A stretch of 64,000 nucleotides of DNA from Histomonas meleagridis 2922-C6/04-290x (GCA_020184695.1 JAANOX010000231.1:186001-250000), one strand, 5' to 3'; counted from the first letter of the stretch, positions 11,237-24,471 are shown. Notes: generated by a model not told the origin, from the sequence alone. Program-made: numbers and translations.

Positions 11237-14119
11237 ATGAATGAATGTATCAGTGGGAGCAGCGAACCTTCATCTCTCAAACAAATATTGAAAATACTAA
11301 ATTCTATTCAGCAAATTATTTATCATTTAAAACAAGAAAATCTTGAATCATCAGTTCAACAAACAACTCAATTATTTGACACAACTCCATCATGTTTATT
11401 AAACTTTATCATTTGTCATATAGTTTATTCATCATTTTTTTCTCAAAGAAATAAATTTGATATCTATGAAGAATATTTAAAATTGATTCAATCAAAAGAA
11501 GCGGAAATAAATGAAAGTTCATCGAAAATCTTTAAAATTTTGCTTAATTATATTTTAACTATAAAATCACAAGAAGCAGATTATATAATCAATAATATGA
11601 TTGAACATAATTTGTTTAATCCTAAAATTGTTCAAAACATTAGAAATCCATATTTTGTACATTATATGAAAAAAGAAGATATAAAAAAATATGGTTTTCT
11701 TGAAGACATTACCAGTATCTTCGCCAATACTGAAGAGCTTTCAAAGAACAATTTTGCGATTCACAAAAAATTAATTAGAGAAGGACATAATCCGAATGAA
11801 ATTGCGAAAATAATTCGAAATGATGAAATAGAAAAACTTCAAGAAATATCGTCACAAACAAATTTTAATTTTAATCAAACAATTGATCCATCAGTTTATG
11901 AAAGATGTTCATTCATTAATCAATATAATGTCACATTAATTGATTATGCAGCATTTTTTGGATCAATCAAATGTTTTAAATTTTTGCTTATGAATGGTGC
12001 AAATGTAAATAACACAGGTAAATATGCAGTTGCAGGTGAAAACAAAGAAATTATTCATTTATGCGAACAAAATCATTCAACATTTGAAAATGCATATGAA
12101 ACTGCAATTATGTTTCATTTAAATAATATCTTTAAATATCTTTATGAAAATAAAATTGAAGAAATTAATAACTTAGAACAATTAGGAAAGGTATGTATTA
12201 TATGTGATAATTATGAAATTTTTTTTTTTTACTTCAAGAAGGTATGAAAATAAATGATGATATTATAAATGAAGCAGCAATTGATGGAAATATATTTCTC
12301 ATTAAACATTTTCATGAAAGTTGCCAACTTCCAAAAGATATTTTAGTTTACTCAGCAGAGTCAGGAAACATTGAACTTGTAAAATATATTTTAGAACAAA
12401 AAATAAATGATATTAACACTAAAAATGATATTGATTCCATTAATTTGAAATACATATTTTATATTTGGAAATTATTTAAGATATTTAGCACAGCACTTGT
12501 ACTTGCTTCTGAATTTGGTTATACAAAAATTGTGAAATTACTTCTTGAACAAAAGGGAATTGATATTAATGCTAAAGATGATATTAATTTTGATAATTTT
12601 ATATTTCAAAATAGAATTTGGAAATTATTTCAATTATTTACAGCAGCACTTAGAGGAGCATCTCTTTGTAATCATAAAAAAATAGTTAAATTACTTCTTG
12701 ATCAAAAAGGAATTGAAATTAATGATAAAGATATCTATATGTTTTATTTGATATTAAATTTAATAATTTTATATTTCAAAATAATATTTGGAAATTATTT
12801 AAATTATTTGATACAGCACTTATTTTAGCATCTCAAAATGGTCATACAGAAATAGTCAAATTACTTCTTGAACAAGAAGGAATTGATATTAATGCTAAAG
12901 ATATTTATTTGTTTTATTTAATATTTATTTTAATAATTTCATGTTTCAAAATAATATTTGGAAATTATTTAAACTATTTAGAACAGCACTTATATGGTCA
13001 TCTTTAAATGGTTATTCAGAAATCGTTAAATTACTTCTTGAACAAGAAGGAATTGAAATTAATTCTAAAGATATTTATATGTTTTATTTGATATTAAATT
13101 TAATAATTTCATGTTTCAAAATAATATTTGGAAATTATTTAATTTGTTTAAAACAGCACTTATGAAGGCATCTTTAAATGGTTATTCAGAAATAGTTAAA
13201 TTACTTCTTGATCAAAAAGGAATTGATATCAATGCTAAAGATATTCATATGTTTTATTTGATATTATTTTTAATAATTTAATATTTTAAAACAATGTTTG
13301 GAAATTATTTCAAATATTCAAAACAGCACTTATATGTACATCTGAAAAAGGTCACACTGAAATAGTTAAATTACTTCTTGAACAAGAAGGAATTGATATT
13401 AATGCTAAAGATATTTATTTGTTTTATTTATAATTTATTTTTATAATTTTATATTTCAAAATAATATTTGGAAATTATTTAAATTATTTAATACAGCACT
13501 TATATGGGCATCTAAAAATGGTAATACAGAAATAGTCAAATTACTTCTTGAACAAAAAGGAATTGATATTAATGCTAAAGATATTTATTTGTTTTATTTA
13601 ATATTTATTTTAATAATTTCATGTTTCAAAATAATATTTGGAAATTATTTAAACTATTTAGAACAGCACTTATTTTAGCATCTTGGAAAGGTCGTACAGA
13701 AATAGTTAAATTACTTCTTGAACAAGAAGGAATTGATATTAATGCTAAAGATATTTATTTGTTTTATTTAATATTTATTTTAATCAATTAATTTTTCACA
13801 ATCATACTTGGGATTTATTCAAAACTTAGAATACATCACTTATTATTTCAGTTGGGAGAAATCATATTGAAATAGTTCAGTCACTTCTTACACAAAAAAG
13901 AATTGATATTAATGCTAAAAATATTTATATGTTTTATTTGAAATTTATTTTAATAATTTGATGTTTAAAAATAATATTTGGAAATTATTTAACACATTTT
14001 GGACAGCATTGATGATAGCTATTGATGAAGGTAATGAAGATATAGTTAAACTACTTCTTAAGCAAGAAGGAATTGATGTTGTTAAAAAGAATATTATTTT
14101 GTTTTATTTAACGATTTGA
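11237..14119 (+). CDS. DUF3447 + ankyrin repeat protein interrupted by 10 hairpin inserts (2 x 51 nt, 8 x 68 nt); one -1 frameshift in a T12 run
   Basis: Removing 12436-12486, 12589-12639, 12742-12809, 12912-12979, 13082-13149, 13252-13319, 13422-13489, 13592-13659, 13762-13829 and 13932-13999 and adding one T at 12219-12230 gives one ORF of 746 codons with 34-aa ankyrin repeats. Confidence 0.8.
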
Positions 14120-14274
14120 ATTAAATGACTCTCTAACTAAGTAAATCTCACAAAATTCTTGTTTAAAATATAATAAGTAAAGAAAACATAATTTTCTTCC
14201 AATAACTTTGTAAGTAAAATGTAATAAAGTATATATTAAAATTATTTTTTATTGTTTCCTTTATTTGTTTAACA

Positions 14275-15762
14275 TTATAAATCTAATTCCTGCATATTTT
14301 CTTGTTCAATTTCTGGATGAAAATCCTGTTCATCTGTTACCCCATCATCGAGTTTTTTCATAATTTCGCATGTTATTCCAAGTGCTTTCTTAGCCTTCTT
14401 ATATTGTTTTTTTGCACTTTCATCGTTTTCCAACTCAGAGCATTTACTGTCGAGATCTTCAGCTAAGTCAGTGAATTCTTGGAATAGCAAAGGATCCGAT
14501 ATCTGATCATATAATTCTTCCATTTTAAAGTTTTCCAAGTCAGCCAAGAAATCGAAAATATTCTTTATGACTGTATAAACAGTATCCACATCGAGAGTAC
14601 AAAGTGAATATATCAATCTTTCTATAACGTTATATCTATATAAAAACTCAAAAATATTTTGATCAAAATAAGCGTAGTCCAACAAAGCAGAAAGGAAAAC
14701 TAATGCATGACATTTAGTTGTGAACTTACCTTCTTCTGAATAGAACAAAGCTTTTTCTGCAATTCCAAGTGAGAACAATTTTATTGCATCTTCTTTTGAT
14801 TTAAATGCAATGTTATAAACAAATGGCCAAAGATAAGAGAAAATTCCTTCGTTCTCTTGTTCAAAAAGAGATAAAAGGAATGTTACAAATTCTTTATTTC
14901 CAAGGAAATCAGTTATATGAACATTATTTAATGATGAAAGCGTTTTTAGTAAATCTAAAAAACATCCAATATAAGGAAGATTATTTTTAACAAGAAATTC
15001 AAATATCAAATAAAAATCTTTTTGGACAAATTGAGAAGCAACATTATTTGGGTTGACGCTATCGCATAGTGTGGTAATGCTGATGAAAAAATTCACTGCT
15101 TGCTCATAAAAGAGTGGATGAAGAAATTGTAATGTTCCCTCAACTTTAAGGAATAACTTATAGAGATATGTATCGGTTTCGTTAAATAATGTCGTTTGCT
15201 TGTAACGTCTGGCAATGGCGGAAAGTAAACGAATATGTAAATCTACTTGATGTGGTTCATTCGGATTAAAAGGTTTGTCTAAAAGAAGTTGTAAAATACC
15301 CTTAGACCCAGCGATACACATTGCTTGATTAGAAAATGTGAGATATCCAACAAGTAGCACAACTATTTTGTCATCATCAAAAGGTTGATGAATTAACGAT
15401 ATAATATAATCATAATTAATGTTATTACTAATAAGCATTTCATTCCCAGGGGAACCCCAACAAAGAATCAAAGCTATCTTGATTGCTGTTATTACAAGAA
15501 AGATATTAAATTGATTTTCAACATTCAAAATAACAGGCGCTATGTTTCGGATTATTAAATTATCAGTCATGTGATCATATAAACCAATATTTCCATAGAA
15601 AAATGGAAGAGCTTGCCCAAAATTTTGTATATCATTGTTTAATATTATGGCCTTAGATTGCTCAAAATTCATTGAAACCATTTCTATTTCTTCATTAATA
15701 GAATCTAATAAATTGATTTCTGTATACCTTTTGATTGTGCTGACTTTGGGAATTTTCCTCAT
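14275..15762 (-). CDS. ARM-repeat (importin-alpha-like) protein
   Basis: 495-aa helical ORF with ARM-like segments (ALILCWGS, LWPFVYNIAF, EEGKFTTKCHALVFL). Confidence 0.6.
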   Translation of the reverse strand: MRKIPKVSTIKRYTEINLLDSINEEIEMVSMNFEQSKAIILNNDIQNFGQALPFFYGNIGLYDHMTDNLIIRNIAPVILNVENQFNIFLVITAIKIALILCWGSPGNEMLISNNINYDYIISLIHQPFDDDKIVVLLVGYLTFSNQAMCIAGSKGILQLLLDKPFNPNEPHQVDLHIRLLSAIARRYKQTTLFNETDTYLYKLFLKVEGTLQFLHPLFYEQAVNFFISITTLCDSVNPNNVASQFVQKDFYLIFEFLVKNNLPYIGCFLDLLKTLSSLNNVHITDFLGNKEFVTFLLSLFEQENEGIFSYLWPFVYNIAFKSKEDAIKLFSLGIAEKALFYSEEGKFTTKCHALVFLSALLDYAYFDQNIFEFLYRYNVIERLIYSLCTLDVDTVYTVIKNIFDFLADLENFKMEELYDQISDPLLFQEFTDLAEDLDSKCSELENDESAKKQYKKAKKALGITCEIMKKLDDGVTDEQDFHPEIEQENMQELDL

Positions 15763-16076
15763 TTGAATGTACGTTTAAAAAAAATCAAAATGAAAACTCT
15801 GATTAAGAATGTAATTCATAAATCACCTTTAAGATGTTGCTATCACTATCACATATTGAGATAGTTGCAAGGTTTTAAATATGTTTCTTAATCAGTATTA
15901 ATCAATGTTCTAACAATTTTAAATTTATGACATGTTTAAATTTAAATACGTCACAAACTTAAACACAAAACGTTTCTTAATCATAGTTATATTTTAATTA
16001 AGATTAACTAATACAAAGACAAAAAAAACTTGAAACTAATTTCTAATTCAAATTAGGTAGGCCGTTTACAATAAAA

Positions 16077-19056
16077 ATGGAAAAAGAAGAAATCCAGGAA
16101 ATATCAGAAGATTCTCTTTCTGAAAATCTTACAGAAAGGTGTAAAAATCTGGAGTATGAAAATGATGTCTTGAAATCACAATTAGATGATGCGCTTAAAG
16201 TAACTAATAATATTGAAAAACTTCACCAACAAATATTAAATCTTTCTAAAGAGTGTGGAAACTTGAAGTCACAAAACAACGATCTTTCTAATCGTTTAGA
16301 ACGTTCTTTAAAATTAAATAATGAATTATCCGAAAAAATCAATAAAGAAAAAGAAAGTCAAACACAACAGCATGAAAAATCCAAAATGAAAATGAATGCC
16401 AAAATCAATGAATTACAGAATCTTCATCAAGTACAAATTGATAAACTTTTATCAAAAATCGAAGAATTGCAAAAAGAAAGCCAACAAATGGAAATTGATC
16501 GAAAGCTTATTAATTCTAAGCTCGACAAATTATTTGATTTAGCTCAAAGATATTTTGATAAGCCGATTAACTCATTTGATGATCTTATGAAATCTTTTGA
16601 CAAACCCAACAAAAATAAAGAACAACCTAAAATTGAAGAAGACAAAAATAATAACGAATTAATTGATTTAAGACAAAAAGCTATAGCTTTCAAACGACTT
16701 AAAAAGAAATTCAAACTTTTATGCATCAAGAATTCACAACTATTTGATGAAGTACAAAATTTAAAGCAAAAGAACTCTGAAATTTTATCATTACAACAAA
16801 AATCTGAAGAAGATAAAAACGAAATACTTAGTGATTCAGAAACTAAACACAAAGAAAATGTTCGAATTATTTCCTCTTTAAAAGAAAAGAATCAAAAACT
16901 TAAAGACCAACTATCTGAATCTACATCTTCTTTAAAGTTGCTACAAGAAAAAAATCGAGAACTTGAACAATCTATCCAACAATTAAAATCAGATCAAACT
17001 CTTCCTTCAAAGGAAACAAACACCACAAAAGAAACAACAAACGATACATATCAAAAATCACTTCACCGCAAACTTTTTCAGAGAATAACCGAACTTTCCC
17101 AACAAAACAATGATTTACAAAAAAAGTTGTCCATTCTGAATGAAAAACTTCAATCTTTCGAAGTTTTAAATCATAAACTTGAAATTGATAATAATAAATA
17201 TGAAAATGAACTTTCATCACTTAAAGTAATATATAATGAAACAGAAGCACAAGTTGAAAGTCTTCGAAATATGTTAAAATTACAAGAAAAAAATGACGAC
17301 AAGAAAGAAACAGATGAGTTAAAAGAAGTTATTAATAATCTTCGGCAAAAGATAAAATTAATGAATGATGATAAACATATCATTAATTCTCTTCAGCAAA
17401 AAGAAAAGCAACAAAACGAATTCATCGAAAAACAAAACAAACAAATTATATCACAAAAAGAAGAAATTGAGAAACTTAAAGAAGAAATTCAAAGTATTGA
17501 AATAGAACTTGATTTAACGAAACAAATGATGGAAAAAGCTCAAAATGAAAACAAAAATAAATTTAATGAGATTCCATTAGATGCATTTTCTCTACCAAAT
17601 TCTGATCTAAAACTTAAAAATGTTTTGGAAGGCATCGCAAAAAATAAATCACTTCAAATGTTTTCAAAGATTCAAACATGTCTTAAAGCAGTACAAAATT
17701 ATTATGAAAAAGAAATATCGAAACGAAACAAAAGTTTTGATGATATAAATGAAAGGAATAAAACATTACAAAATAAATTTAATGAATTTTTGATTAATAT
17801 AACAATTATTCTTTTTGATCGTGCAATTACTTTAAATGAATTTATTAATGACTCAAAAGAAGAAGAAATTATTAATTATATACAAAAAATACGACAAGAA
17901 AACGATCAACTTAAATATTCAAATGGAAAACAATTAGAAGTAATTGAACATTTAAAGAAATTATTTAATATACCTCAAAAAGAAAATAACTTTTCAGATG
18001 ATATTAAATCATTATTTGATGAACAAAAGAAAAAAATTATTTTCCTTAAAAACAAAATTAAAGAATTACGAAATAAAATTAATAAAATTCAAATTAGTCA
18101 AAAAGAAAAATTTGAAGAAAGTAATCAAGAAAATGATAAAGTTATATTAAATCTTAAAAACGAAAATAATTCATTAAATAAAAAAATCGAAAAACTATTA
18201 AAAGAACTTCAAAAGCAACAAGAAGAAACGCAAAAAATTTCACAGAAATTAAAAACAGAAAAAGAAAATGCAAATAATGAAACACAAAAATTCGAAAATG
18301 ATTTAGCAACATTAACACGTGATACCAAAAATTATGAAAAAACATTACAACAAGAAAAAGAGAGATATAAAGAATTACAAAATAAATGTAATAAATATGA
18401 AAAAGAAATTTCTCAACTTTCGAATTATATTCATACATTAACAACATCTAAAGAAAAAATAGATAATGAATATAATGAATTACTTAAACAAAATCAAGAA
18501 GAAAAGAAAAGAGCGGAAGAAAACTTGAGGAATAAAACAGAAAACTTAACAAATAATTATGAAAATGTAATTTCTAACTTAAAAGAACAATGTGAAAAGT
18601 CACGAAAATTACAAGAAAAATTACAAAGTGAATTAATGAGCACAAAAACTTCTTCGAAAGAAACAATATATAAATTAAGAAAAGAAAAAAATAAATTGGA
18701 AAATGAATTAAAAAACGAAAAAGAAAACATCGAAAGAAAAACAAAATTAATGGAAACATCGTTTCATATACAGAAAGTTACAACAGAAAGTAAATGTAAT
18801 GAAAAAATTAGAGAATATGAAATGAAATTAACAGAACAGAAAAAGAAAATTTATACATTCATAATTAATACTTTTAGTGATTTGTTTGACCCAAATCAAC
18901 AAATAGATGATAAAACATTTAAAGAAATTGTAAATGCGGTAAAAGAACAAATGAATAAATATGAAAAAGCTGATAAAGCAATAAGAGAAATGATAGGAGT
19001 ACCTTATAACCAAACCAACTGAAGACGCCGTAGCAAGAATGGTACTAAATTTATAG
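16077..19056 (+). CDS. Large coiled-coil protein
   Basis: 981-aa heptad-rich ORF. A 1-nt shift near 19014 would extend it to ...TEDAVARMVLNL-TAG (19056). Confidence 0.8.
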
Positions 19057-19201
19057 ATTATATAATAAAATATCTGTAAAATCTTTTATTGAATAATTTC
19101 AAAAAATTTTTGTAAAATTATAATATTTTTAGGATTTGCCTGTAAAAGAGAGTTAAGCTTTTTGAGGATGATGACTTTAGGATACACATTTCTATTTTGA
19201 A

Positions 19202-19816
19202 ATGATCTTCATCTTATTATGTACATCTTCTTTATTTAAAGAAATAGAAAACACGATAAAAGAAGAAACACCAGAGATAGTGAAGGTGTTTTGGGAATTG
19301 TCAAATTTAACATTAGCTCGTGAAAAATTAAATGAATTAATAAATCAATCAAGTTCAAAGACTTTAAAAACAAGAGAAGAAAGCATTATACCATTATCTC
19401 TTGTTGGTATTAATTCATCAAGGACGAAACAATATTCTAATTTTCTAATGCCATTTCAAATATTTAGAAAAAAAGAAAAACTTCCATCAAATATTGCTCC
19501 ATCTTTTATAGCCAAGCAGGGCTCACCAGTTTTCAAATTTAGATCCATTACTTTATGCTTAGCCCGACATATAATTTTTTCTCCAATTTCTGTTCATGTA
19601 TCATCAACAATTCGCCAATTTAGGATTTCCTTTTACTTAGGAAATGAGTTGGCTTTCACGACGCATACTTATGATCTTCCAAAAGAATATTCAGAACCAA
19701 TTGCATTTGATTTTGAAACAGACATTCTCTTCAATTCTATGCATCTTGATGTAGTGCAGAACTGGGGAGATAATAAAAAGACATACATGAATCATTTTCA
19801 GTTATACGGACCTTAA
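19202..19816 (+). CDS. SUN (Sad1/UNC-84)-domain-like protein
   Basis: C-terminal LDVVQNWGDNKKTYMNHFQLYG resembles the SUN 'SNWG...YTCLYRFRVHG' motif; hydrophobic N-terminus. Confidence 0.6.
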   Translation: MIFILLCTSSLFKEIENTIKEETPEIVKVFWELSNLTLAREKLNELINQSSSKTLKTREESIIPLSLVGINSSRTKQYSNFLMPFQIFRKKEKLPSNIAPSFIAKQGSPVFKFRSITLCLARHIIFSPISVHVSSTIRQFRISFYLGNELAFTTHTYDLPKEYSEPIAFDFETDILFNSMHLDVVQNWGDNKKTYMNHFQLYGP

Positions 19817-20419
19817 TCATGATTACATTCTCTTTAGCACAACCAAAAGTATTTTGACTACTCCCACATTCTGTCGACAGAATTCAGATGCTTTCATAAG
19901 TGTTGTAATAAATAATAGATTTGATGTGAATCATATGATAATTATTAATGAGTTTTTTGTGTGTACATATTTCTTCTTCTTTTTTTATTAACTTTAAATA
20001 ATTGATTAAACGTTTCACGAAAAAAAATGCTTAATAACCCAAGTTACTTAATGAAAAATCATTTTTTTTTTCAATAAGAAGATCTTCTTGCAAAAAGTGA
20101 TTCAAAGTTTTGCAAACGAAAGAAAATTTTCTTTTTACCCGGTTATAAAAACTTTCTTTATTCATTGATGTTCCATAGTGGGACACCTTATATATTGTTT
20201 AAATGAAAAAAATTGGTGTACCAAGGGTTTTTACTGGGACTATATAAGAAGCAATAGAAAAATCGCATGTTCTTTGTTTTGCACTTTACTCACTTCATTA
20301 TATATAAAACAATATTATGTAATTTTAGCATGAATACACAACCCTAAATGATATTACTATTGTTTTGAAGACTGCGAAATCTTCAATTAACTTTATAAAT
20401 TTTATTATTATTATTTAAT

Positions 20420-21037
20420 TTTAGCACGATGATAGCCATGGATCATTAACCTGAACCTATTTTCAGTTAACATGACGTATAATATGACACCACAACTCCA
20501 TACATCACTGGTGAACCCATTGTAAGGCTGCCCACTAATACATTCGGGAGATGAATAGCATGGAGCTCCACATGGTGTCTTAACTAAGTTATTTCTATCG
20601 TCAAAATTAGCAAGTTCAAAATCTGTGATTTTAAAATATTTTCTAGTCTGAGGTCACGATGTGTAATTCTATTGAAATGAATGTATTGGACAGCTTCGAG
20701 AATCTGTCTGAAAATTGGTTTTGCTTCACTTTCATCAAGATGGTCTTTATTCATTAAAAATTCGAACAATATGAAAAAATAAAGTAACAATAATTTTCAT
20801 CAGAAAGAAAATCAATCATTTCCACAATGCCTGGATGGTGAAGTTGCTGATTGACCTCTTTTTGTAGTTCGATACGTTTCTCATAGTCTTTTTAATCAAT
20901 TTTTTTTTTGGCATAATTTTGCAGATATATTTTTGATTACTTTCCTGATGAACACATTCTTTTATTATTGAACGTTCATCTTCGCCAATAGTACTTTGTA
21001 TATGATAATGTCCGACTTTAGTTGGTAAATTTTGCAT
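20420..21037 (-). pseudogene. CAMK-family Ser/Thr kinase pseudogene
   Basis: VGHYHIQSTIG, LDESEAKPIFRQILEAVQYIHFNRITHRDLRLENIL; multiple frameshifts and deletions. Confidence 0.8.
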
Positions 21038-21085
21038 TTTTAATATACACTGTTTGTGGAAAAGGCGGAAATTTTTTTTTTCATC

Positions 21086-21426
21086 AAGGCACACAAAACA
21101 AACAGTTCGTAAGTAAACACCTTTTGTTGATTCACAAGGAACAAAGAAACAACATCGTTTCAGACCCAACACCTATAGTTGCTCTTCGTGAAATTCGTAA
21201 ATATCAAAAGAGTACAGATCTTTTAATTCGTAAGCTTCCATTCCAACATCATGTTCACGAAATTGCATCATGGTTGTGATCTTCATTTCCAATCATCAGC
21301 AATTGCAGCTCTTCAATAAGCCTCAGAAGCTTGCCTTGGTCTCTTTGAAGATACAAACCTTTGCAAGTTGAACACCACTTGTTAATAGTCAACTTGCACA
21401 AAGAATTCGTGGCGAAAGTAATTTAA
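21086..21426 (+). pseudogene. H3: Histone H3 pseudogene
   Basis: TKQTVRK...[23 protein letters not shown]...GLFEDTNLC...QLAQRIRGE; no ATG, with frameshifts and deletions. Confidence 0.9.
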
Positions 21427-22613
21427 ATTTTCTTATATATTTTTATTTGTTTCCTTTTACATATATCTTTGTCAAGATATATCTTGACAAGAGGGCGTAT
21501 AATGTAAGTGATGCATTGGATCAATTTGAGATGAAGTTTTTCTTTAAAAAAGTCTTATGACGAATGAAGAAAAATTTATTTGAGTCGTATTGCCTGTGTT
21601 AAGGATATGTTTTATATATGTTTTCATTAAATATTCATCTTATACATCATGATGTTAATGTTGTTTAATAATTCTACATAAAGAGATTTTGTTAGAATAT
21701 TATTGTCATCTTATACTACATATAATAATGAATTTTGGGAATGTTTATGCATAATCATTTTAATCAGATATTTAATACATTTAATAAGTTTTTGCATAAT
21801 AATAATATTTCCAATTCGATTCTTTGCATATTATGAATAAAAAAGAATTGATCTTTCATGAAGAAAAATATGATTTTTTCCACAAAAAGGTTTGACAATT
21901 AAAAATGTTACTATAAATGATTTAAAAAAAACATTATTTACACGTAAAAACAATTTTCATTTTGTATAAAAATGATGTGTAAACCAAGAAACATTCATTT
22001 AAACAATATTATGGTAAAAAATTAATACGAAAACTATTTATTGAATAGTGAATGCATTTAATATGGAAAACAATGTAAATTCTTTGATGGAAGTGTTCTA
22101 TATGGAAAATAATATCAACATTTAATAATATTTTATATTGATTGATGAATCTTCGAGGTAAAGCGACCAATTACATTCAAAATAAATGGGTGAAAATAAG
22201 AATATAATTGATTTACATTAAATCTTTCAATATATATTAATTTATCACCCAGAAAAGTTTTAAGCCACTGGATTTTCTTTATTATCATATGTATATATAT
22301 AATGTATTATCGAATATCATCAAATAATTTTAAATTATTTGTTACTCTTGTTAAATATTGAGGCAAATCAGTTGAAATGATCGCCTTTAAATATATAGGC
22401 TTATTTTGGTGCTTATTTCTTCGTAACGCCAAGGAAAATGCATCGAGAAATTTGTGGATTTTGTTTCTGTTGAAGATTTTAATTCAGGCGGTTATTCTGA
22501 ATATGCGATTGAATTTTTAAAAATAATTCTAAGAGATCAAAATTACTTGACAGAAAAATTCAATAACCTACAGAAAACTTATATATTTTGTTCGGGAATT
22601 AGTTTGGTGTACA

Positions 22614-23342
22614 ATGGAGCCCGCTCAACCCAAAAATTCAAGTGAAAATGATAGCACATCAGATGAAAAAACAATGGCATTAGAACGTACACCAATAACA
22701 CGTAATTCTCCATCAACAAAAGAATACAATAACGAATGTTCAAAAATTAAAGATATCTTACATAAGTTCGAAGTATCAAAAGACAAAGTATATGAAATAT
22801 CAGAATTATGTAATTCATATTTGATTACAAGAAGAGTCTTATACGATTTTATTACTGTTATGACTGCTATTAAAGTTGTTGAAAAAATATCAAATGAAAA
22901 TTTTATTTGGAAAGGAATCAAAGTTTATCCTGTTTTTATAAAAAACATCAAAGATGAAATATCAACATTTTCTCATATTGACTTTAAAATGTTTAATTGC
23001 AATGATAATGATAAACTTAAAAACGTTACAGTTAAGCTTTTAGAACTGTTTTATTATTTAGGAACAGAAGCATTGGATATAAGAAGGGTATCTGTTTTGT
23101 TCATTGATGGAACCGTGAAAAGGAAAACAATGTTAAGGAAACTTTACACTATTTCGAACTCATTGGAAGTGATAGGACTAATAGAAAAAACTTTACAGCC
23201 AGCATTAATCAAAATTAATATTTCACCAGTCCCATTAACAGGGTTGGAACTATTGTTAAATCATCCAATCCAGATGAGGAATGAAGAAATATTTATCCGT
23301 AGGAGAGAAAAATTCAACGAAATCACGGAAATCAAAAATTAA
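22614..23342 (+). CDS. E2F/DP-like tandem winged-helix protein
   Basis: Two RRxYD-like motifs: RRVLYDFITVMTAIKVVEK and RKLYTISNSLEVIGLIEK. Confidence 0.7.
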   Translation: MEPAQPKNSSENDSTSDEKTMALERTPITRNSPSTKEYNNECSKIKDILHKFEVSKDKVYEISELCNSYLITRRVLYDFITVMTAIKVVEKISNENFIWKGIKVYPVFIKNIKDEISTFSHIDFKMFNCNDNDKLKNVTVKLLELFYYLGTEALDIRRVSVLFIDGTVKRKTMLRKLYTISNSLEVIGLIEKTLQPALIKINISPVPLTGLELLLNHPIQMRNEEIFIRRREKFNEITEIKN

Positions 23343-23769
23343 TTTGAAAATTAATATTGACCATATCCCACCCATGCAAGTGTAGGAAAGAAATGAATTT
23401 GAGAATTTATAAATTAGATCTTATGCGAACATTTTTTTCTTTTGTGGAAATTTTGCGTGAACGGTTTATTATGTGGCAAAAAATTGAATTATTAGAAAAC
23501 CATTTAACGTCACCGGTTATATAGTGAAAAAGTTAAATCAATAATTTACACAAATTTCTTAATAGAGATTTTAATACGCTCAAAATTTTTCAGACATTTT
23601 TATTTTTCATTTAAAAGCAATCGATTGCTTTTTGAAAAACAGATTTTGCACGCGAATAAACTATTGAATAGCCAATAAACCAGACAAAACTTGTTTTCAG
23701 TAGGGTCTATCTGGAGAATTATTTTGTCACGTTTTTTTCTGAATAAATAATTATGGCAACTTGGTTTCT

Positions 23770-23774
23770 CCTTT
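23770..23774 (+). promoter_or_regulatory. CCTTT (M5-like) core promoter motif
   Basis: CCTTT 8 nt upstream of the RPS18 ATG; this motif is reported for Trichomonas ribosomal protein gene promoters. Confidence 0.35.
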
Positions 23775-23781
23775 CAATAGA

Positions 23782-24246
23782 ATGCCCCTAGAAGTTACTG
23801 ACCCTTCAGCATTCCGCGATATGGTTCGTATGCTTTCAACAAACGTAGATGGACGTAAGCCACTCTACTTAGCACTTACTGCTATCGCTGGTCTCGGACG
23901 CAGATTTGCCCATGCTGTTGCTCGTCGTGCTGGTCTTGATCCACTCAAACGTGCTGGTACACTTACATCACAAGAAGAAGAACGTATTGTTGCTATTATC
24001 CAAAATCCAGTTGAAAATGGAATTCCAGTTTGGATGCTCAACCGTAGAAATGACCGTGCATCCGGCAAGAACCTTCAATGGGCCTCAACTGACCTTTCAT
24101 CTAACCACCGTAACGAAATCGAACGTATGAAGAAGATGAGAATGAAGCGTGGTATCCGTCATAGCCTTGGTCTTAAGGTTCGTGGCCAATGCACAAAGTC
24201 AACTGGTCGTCGTGGTGTTGCAGTTGGTGTTGAACGCAAGAAGTAA
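23782..24246 (+). CDS. RPS18: 40S ribosomal protein S18 (uS13)
   Basis: RMLSTNVDGRK...GLGRRFAHAV...IPVWMLNRRND...RGIRHSLGLKVRGQCTKSTGRRG. Confidence 0.97.
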   Translation: MPLEVTDPSAFRDMVRMLSTNVDGRKPLYLALTAIAGLGRRFAHAVARRAGLDPLKRAGTLTSQEEERIVAIIQNPVENGIPVWMLNRRNDRASGKNLQWASTDLSSNHRNEIERMKKMRMKRGIRHSLGLKVRGQCTKSTGRRGVAVGVERKK

Positions 24247-24471
24247 ATTTTTCAAAGTATTTCATTTTTAATCTAAGATGTTTCAATTTGGGTATCATTA
24301 ATGATAGATCGATCTATTTTTCTTTTAAATTATAATTACCATAAATTGGTGATCGTGTAAAAAATTCTTTAAAACATAAATATAAAAAGAGACATTCTTC
24401 ATTGAAGAGAAGATCGGCTATTAGAAAAAAGAATAAGTTAAAAAACTCTAAAATTATATTTTTATAACCAA

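Noticed and set aside
12436-13999. 17-nt rule as a by-product of the 34-aa repeat (102 nt = 6 x 17) or of nucleosome-like 170-bp spacing
   Set aside because: 33-aa (99-nt) repeats in the 33.5-kb and 51.1-kb genes obey the same rule.
12436-13999. CRISPR-like repeat-spacer array
   Set aside because: The repeats translate as ankyrin motifs, the 'spacers' are homologous to each other, the context is eukaryotic and there are no cas genes.
16544-19013. Minus-strand ORFs within the coiled-coil gene; likewise antisense ORFs in ARP3, the kinase, RPS18, RSPH9 and BspA
   Set aside because: Antisense shadows of biased coding sequence with no recognisable motifs.
19005-19056. Programmed frameshift at the end of the coiled-coil gene
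   Set aside because: No slippery heptamer; a single-base error or mutation is simpler.
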